From Podarcis gaigeae (taxonomy: Eukaryota), in NCBI GenBank assembly GCA_964106915.2, contig OZ066917.1: 64,000 bases of DNA. One strand, 5' to 3'. Positions 60,331-64,000 of this stretch are shown piece after piece. Positions within the stretch are counted from its first letter, which is position 1; each line of letters opens with the position of its first letter. The notes beneath the pieces are model-generated. The model had not been told where the DNA came from. It ran no database searches and was given only the letters and a program-made list of their open reading frames with translations. The translations under genes were made by a program, and so were the position numbers.

Positions 60331-62172
60331 CTTACAGTCTTTATCCTGCTAAGTTTCTGAACATTTCCCCACTTTTAGTTCATCTTTGGAGATTCTCTAC
60401 TTTCTTTTCTAGCTCCTATATGGATTTTGTGTTGTTTCTTGCTGTGTCCCCCCATTTATTGTTATTTGGTTTATTTAGATTGTAAGTTTATACATATTAT
60501 TTCTAGTTCATGAACAGCTTTTGAAATTAATATAAAACAGGGCATTCAAATGTTTTGAAACAAACAAGCAACTATGATCCAAGCTTGAAAATAATTGTTG
60601 GCATAAGCGGCATTAGGTTCAGAAAACAAGAGAACATTACATGCTGAAGAAAATCGTATTGTGAACCAGGTAATTATGAATTCTATTGGTATGAAGTTCT
60701 TATTTAAAAATTAAAAATTAATATTATGCAGTTCAGGAAATATGTTTTCTGAATTAAGCAGACTGGCATTGGAAAGCATATGTCCAGTCCTGGCTAAATG
60801 AATGCTGAATATAGAAATTCTGAGTTATAATTATCATTACAATGTGGGATGCTTCTGTCTGGCAATAGATGTTTCTGCTCTCTGACTAAATTGATGCTTT
60901 CTACATATATGTTTCCAAAATGATGCCAACAGGCTTTGACTCTCGCCTTGAAAACTGGAGGTAGCCATTAAGACTGCATGGCTATGAAGGTTACGCATTT
61001 GTACAAGAACACACAAGACACTTCAGTGCAAGAGGGTGATCATTTAGATATGGAACATAACATGCAGCTCAGTATTACAATTACACACATTAAGGTGTTG
61101 GTGGTGTTTGATTTTTACTTTAAATAAATGGAACTATTTCTGGCTGCCTCTTGCAGCAAACTAAGCAGAACCTTGTAGCCTAAATCACAGACAAGGTAAG
61201 CTACAGTATTTGGATTTTAGCCCATCTGATGCCATGGATGTCAACCAAATTGGGTTAAGTCCATATACTTTAGCATAACTGAGTTGTGAAACTGGCTGTA
61301 AGTGTTCAAGCACATAAGGATAGCCTAGCTATGCTATTCCTAGGAGATCAGGGCTCCCCTGTTTCCCACCTCTTCCAGCCTTCACTATTGGTGGTCTTCT
61401 GAATATTCTACAGATGTTTCTCCTGTTCTCCTTGTTCTTGCTTGGTTTTTCCCTTCTTCAAGTGCTTATTAAGAGCAGCTGTTTCCATGTGTGCACCTCC
61501 TGCTTCACTGCCCTCTAGTGAAACATGTTGTGTTGTGTTATAGTTTGATTCCCAGGGGAGGCGGGGGAGACACTACACATCCAACTCATATTTAACATAT
61601 TTTATATCTGTTTTATCGCATGAATTAAGAATGTGTGAACAAGTTCAGAAATATGTTCAGGATGCGTGAATCAGATCCAATTCTATTCTTGGTTTCCTGA
61701 TGCCCTGAACAGAATGTACATTCAATCATGGAATAATTTGATTATTTTCTGTACTTTGTCTGAAGTTTTGGTTACCCCTATAATCAACACCAGAAATTTC
61801 TAAAATGAGAAACATGCATGCGCAAAACAGACACCCAGAAATATATTTTCAATTGATAGTTGTACCAAGCAGAAAAGGAATACATACACCAACAAACACA
61901 TTTTCTTTTCTGTCTTTATAGCTATCTGGAACACAAAGATGTGTTGCAGTTCAAACTAAACAGACTTCTATATAAAACAAGAATATATAACACAATATTA
62001 AAATATAAACAGTATATTGCCAGTTGCTGGCGCTCCACAGTGGAGCTTTGGGCTTCCTATTGGCATTGTGAGAATAGACTGGTGGACAAGATGGAACAGG
62101 ATGATTCTTCTTATGTACATAGCAATTTCCAAATGCCTGTTGGGAAAAAAAATGTTTTAGTTGCTTTCCTCA

Positions 62173-62211
<39 letters not shown>
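62173..62211. repeat. (TA)n(GA)n compound microsatellite
   Basis: Read directly from the sequence. Confidence 0.95.
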
Positions 62212-62216
<5 letters not shown>

Positions 62217-62459
62217 CCAGTGTGGTGTAGAGGTTAAGAGCGGTGGACTCGTAATCTGGGGAACCAGGTTCGCGTCTCCACTCCTCCACATGCAGCTGCT
62301 GGGTGACCTTGGGCCAGTCACACTTCTTTGAAGTCTCTCAGCCCCACTCACCTCACAGAGTGTTTGTTGTGGGGGAGGAAGGGAAAGGAGAATGTTAGCC
62401 GCTTTGAGACTCCTGAAGGGGAGTGAAAGGCGGGATATCAAATTCAAACTCTTCTTCTT
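62211..62459 (+). mobile_element. Squam3-type tRNA SINE with (CTT)n tail
   Basis: A box TGGTGTAGAGG, B box GGTTCGCGTCTCC, CORE-like GGGTGACCTTGGGCCAGTCAC, L2-like tail and CTTCTTCTT. Confidence 0.85.
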
Positions 62460-64000
62460 ATATACAGAATGCACTAGGTTGACCTCATTAAGGGGAGAGT
62501 TCCATATTTGTAGTATCATAGGAAAAAACTCAGGGTGCACCCACAGACTCAGGGAAGAGACTCTGAAGCAAGCTTTTGCCTGGTGATATAAACAGGGAAA
62601 GGGAGAAAGTTTGTAGGGACTCAAAGACTTCTTAATCAATTTATTTTAACCAGGTCTTCAAACAAAGCAGCACTGAGCTTTCAGATGGCCACAATTATGC
62701 ACAGATTGACTCAGGGCTGTCTGTAGCAGGAGACATGTAAGATTATAAACACACAGCAAAATGGTAAAAAGGTAGATGACAAGTGGGGCAAATTGATGAA
62801 CGTTATAGGAAATAATCCATCATGCCCATTTAATTCCTGATTGCCACCTTGTTTCCTGTTTTGCTGCTTGAATACAGCTGGGACAATTTGCAATGGAATG
62901 CTAATGGTCAAATACACATCCAGTTAGGGATGTGCTAAAGTTACTGTGTGGGCCTGTGCACACATTATTCTAATCATTTGGCCTGGGTGATTTCTCGCTC
63001 TCTTTATATTATGAGAGATGTCAACTATTGTTATCCATGATTGCATCTTCCTAATTCTAACAACTGTTTAGAGATAGATTTCCAAAGCATTGCAACCACC
63101 TAAATGTAAGCACAGGAGTCAACTTTTGTATAGCAACTAAGGGAATAATCTTACCAGCACACAGACTATCAAATGCACGAGGTCTTGTTTTGCTTGCTAG
63201 GATTGGTTTGCTTGAGAGAACCACCACAAACGTCATACTTTTTGAATCCCTTCTATTTCTTGGGCAAATGCCACTGTTTTATTCGTCTTGCAACCTTGTG
63301 AAAAGATTCTCCTAGACACAGCTGATCAAGTGTGAAACATTATATTACCGTTTATGTGTAAATGGAGGATGTCCAATTTTCATTTTGACCTTCATTTTTG
63401 TCAAAAGCTAGAGTCAGCTTTCACAGTGGGGTAGCTATCAGTTTGCTGTCAAAATGACAGACTTTGACCAAAGGTCAGGCTTGACAGGTCTGTTGTGCTG
63501 GGCGGGTGGGGAGTGGATTTAGTAATTTTCACCATGTTAAACCCATATTTGTAAAGGTCAGAAGAAATGAAAATTTGCCCTGGCTCAGGGAAACAGCCGT
63601 TTGCATATGATGGATAGGCCTATTCAGGTCTGTGCTACAGTTTTATACATGTTGTAATTGACAGTACCAAAAGTGTGCTGGACATGAAGTTATCCTCACA
63701 AGTAAAAAATGTGATGCATATAAGCAATGGCCTCAGTCTTGTAATCAGATATTCGCAATTGAATATTTTTACAGATGTAGTGCCTTTCCACGACAGATCA
63801 CAACACAAAGCAGATTCTTGGAGTGGAGTTTGTTTCAAAGACTTTGGCTGCCCTGCCATTGGTACAGGGAAGGTATTTCCTACTGCACAGATGCATGTGA
63901 GGCCCTCCATTCACCGCAACCCAGTGCCAATATCAGCAAGTTTAGGGTTGAAGATTCAGTTGTGAATTTTAAAGCAGACCCACAGATAGTGAAAGTGGCT

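Noticed and set aside
268-63965. Short six-frame ORFs as protein-coding genes
   Set aside because: None resembles a known host protein. They overlap SINEs, MITEs, microsatellites or N-gaps and lack convincing exon structure.

Overview
Vertebrate (squamate) genomic DNA, probably from a lacertid lizard. The evidence is Sauria/Squam1 SINEs with (ACCTTT)n tails, a Squam3-type SINE with a (CTT)n tail, and squamate-type L1, L2, CR1 and RTE LINEs. The first ~4 kb is a CpG island with a YY1 plus E2F motif cluster and a possible minus-strand first exon. The other ~60 kb is non-coding (gene desert or very large intron). I could not recognise any host protein-coding exon; the only recognisable ORFs are retroelement remnants. 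Annotated elements include two young 5'-truncated L1 insertions with TSDs, at least three solo LTRs, five copies of one Tc1/mariner-type MITE, several hAT MITEs with 8-bp TSDs, several nested insertions, microsatellites and two assembly gaps. Repeat-free, motif-dense blocks between them look like developmental enhancers, but this is inference only. The most unusual observations are a hAT MITE family carrying telomere-type CCCTAA repeats in a variable-copy 22-bp unit, and a fold-back hairpin at an L1 5' junction. I cannot support a wholly new biological system from the sequence alone.
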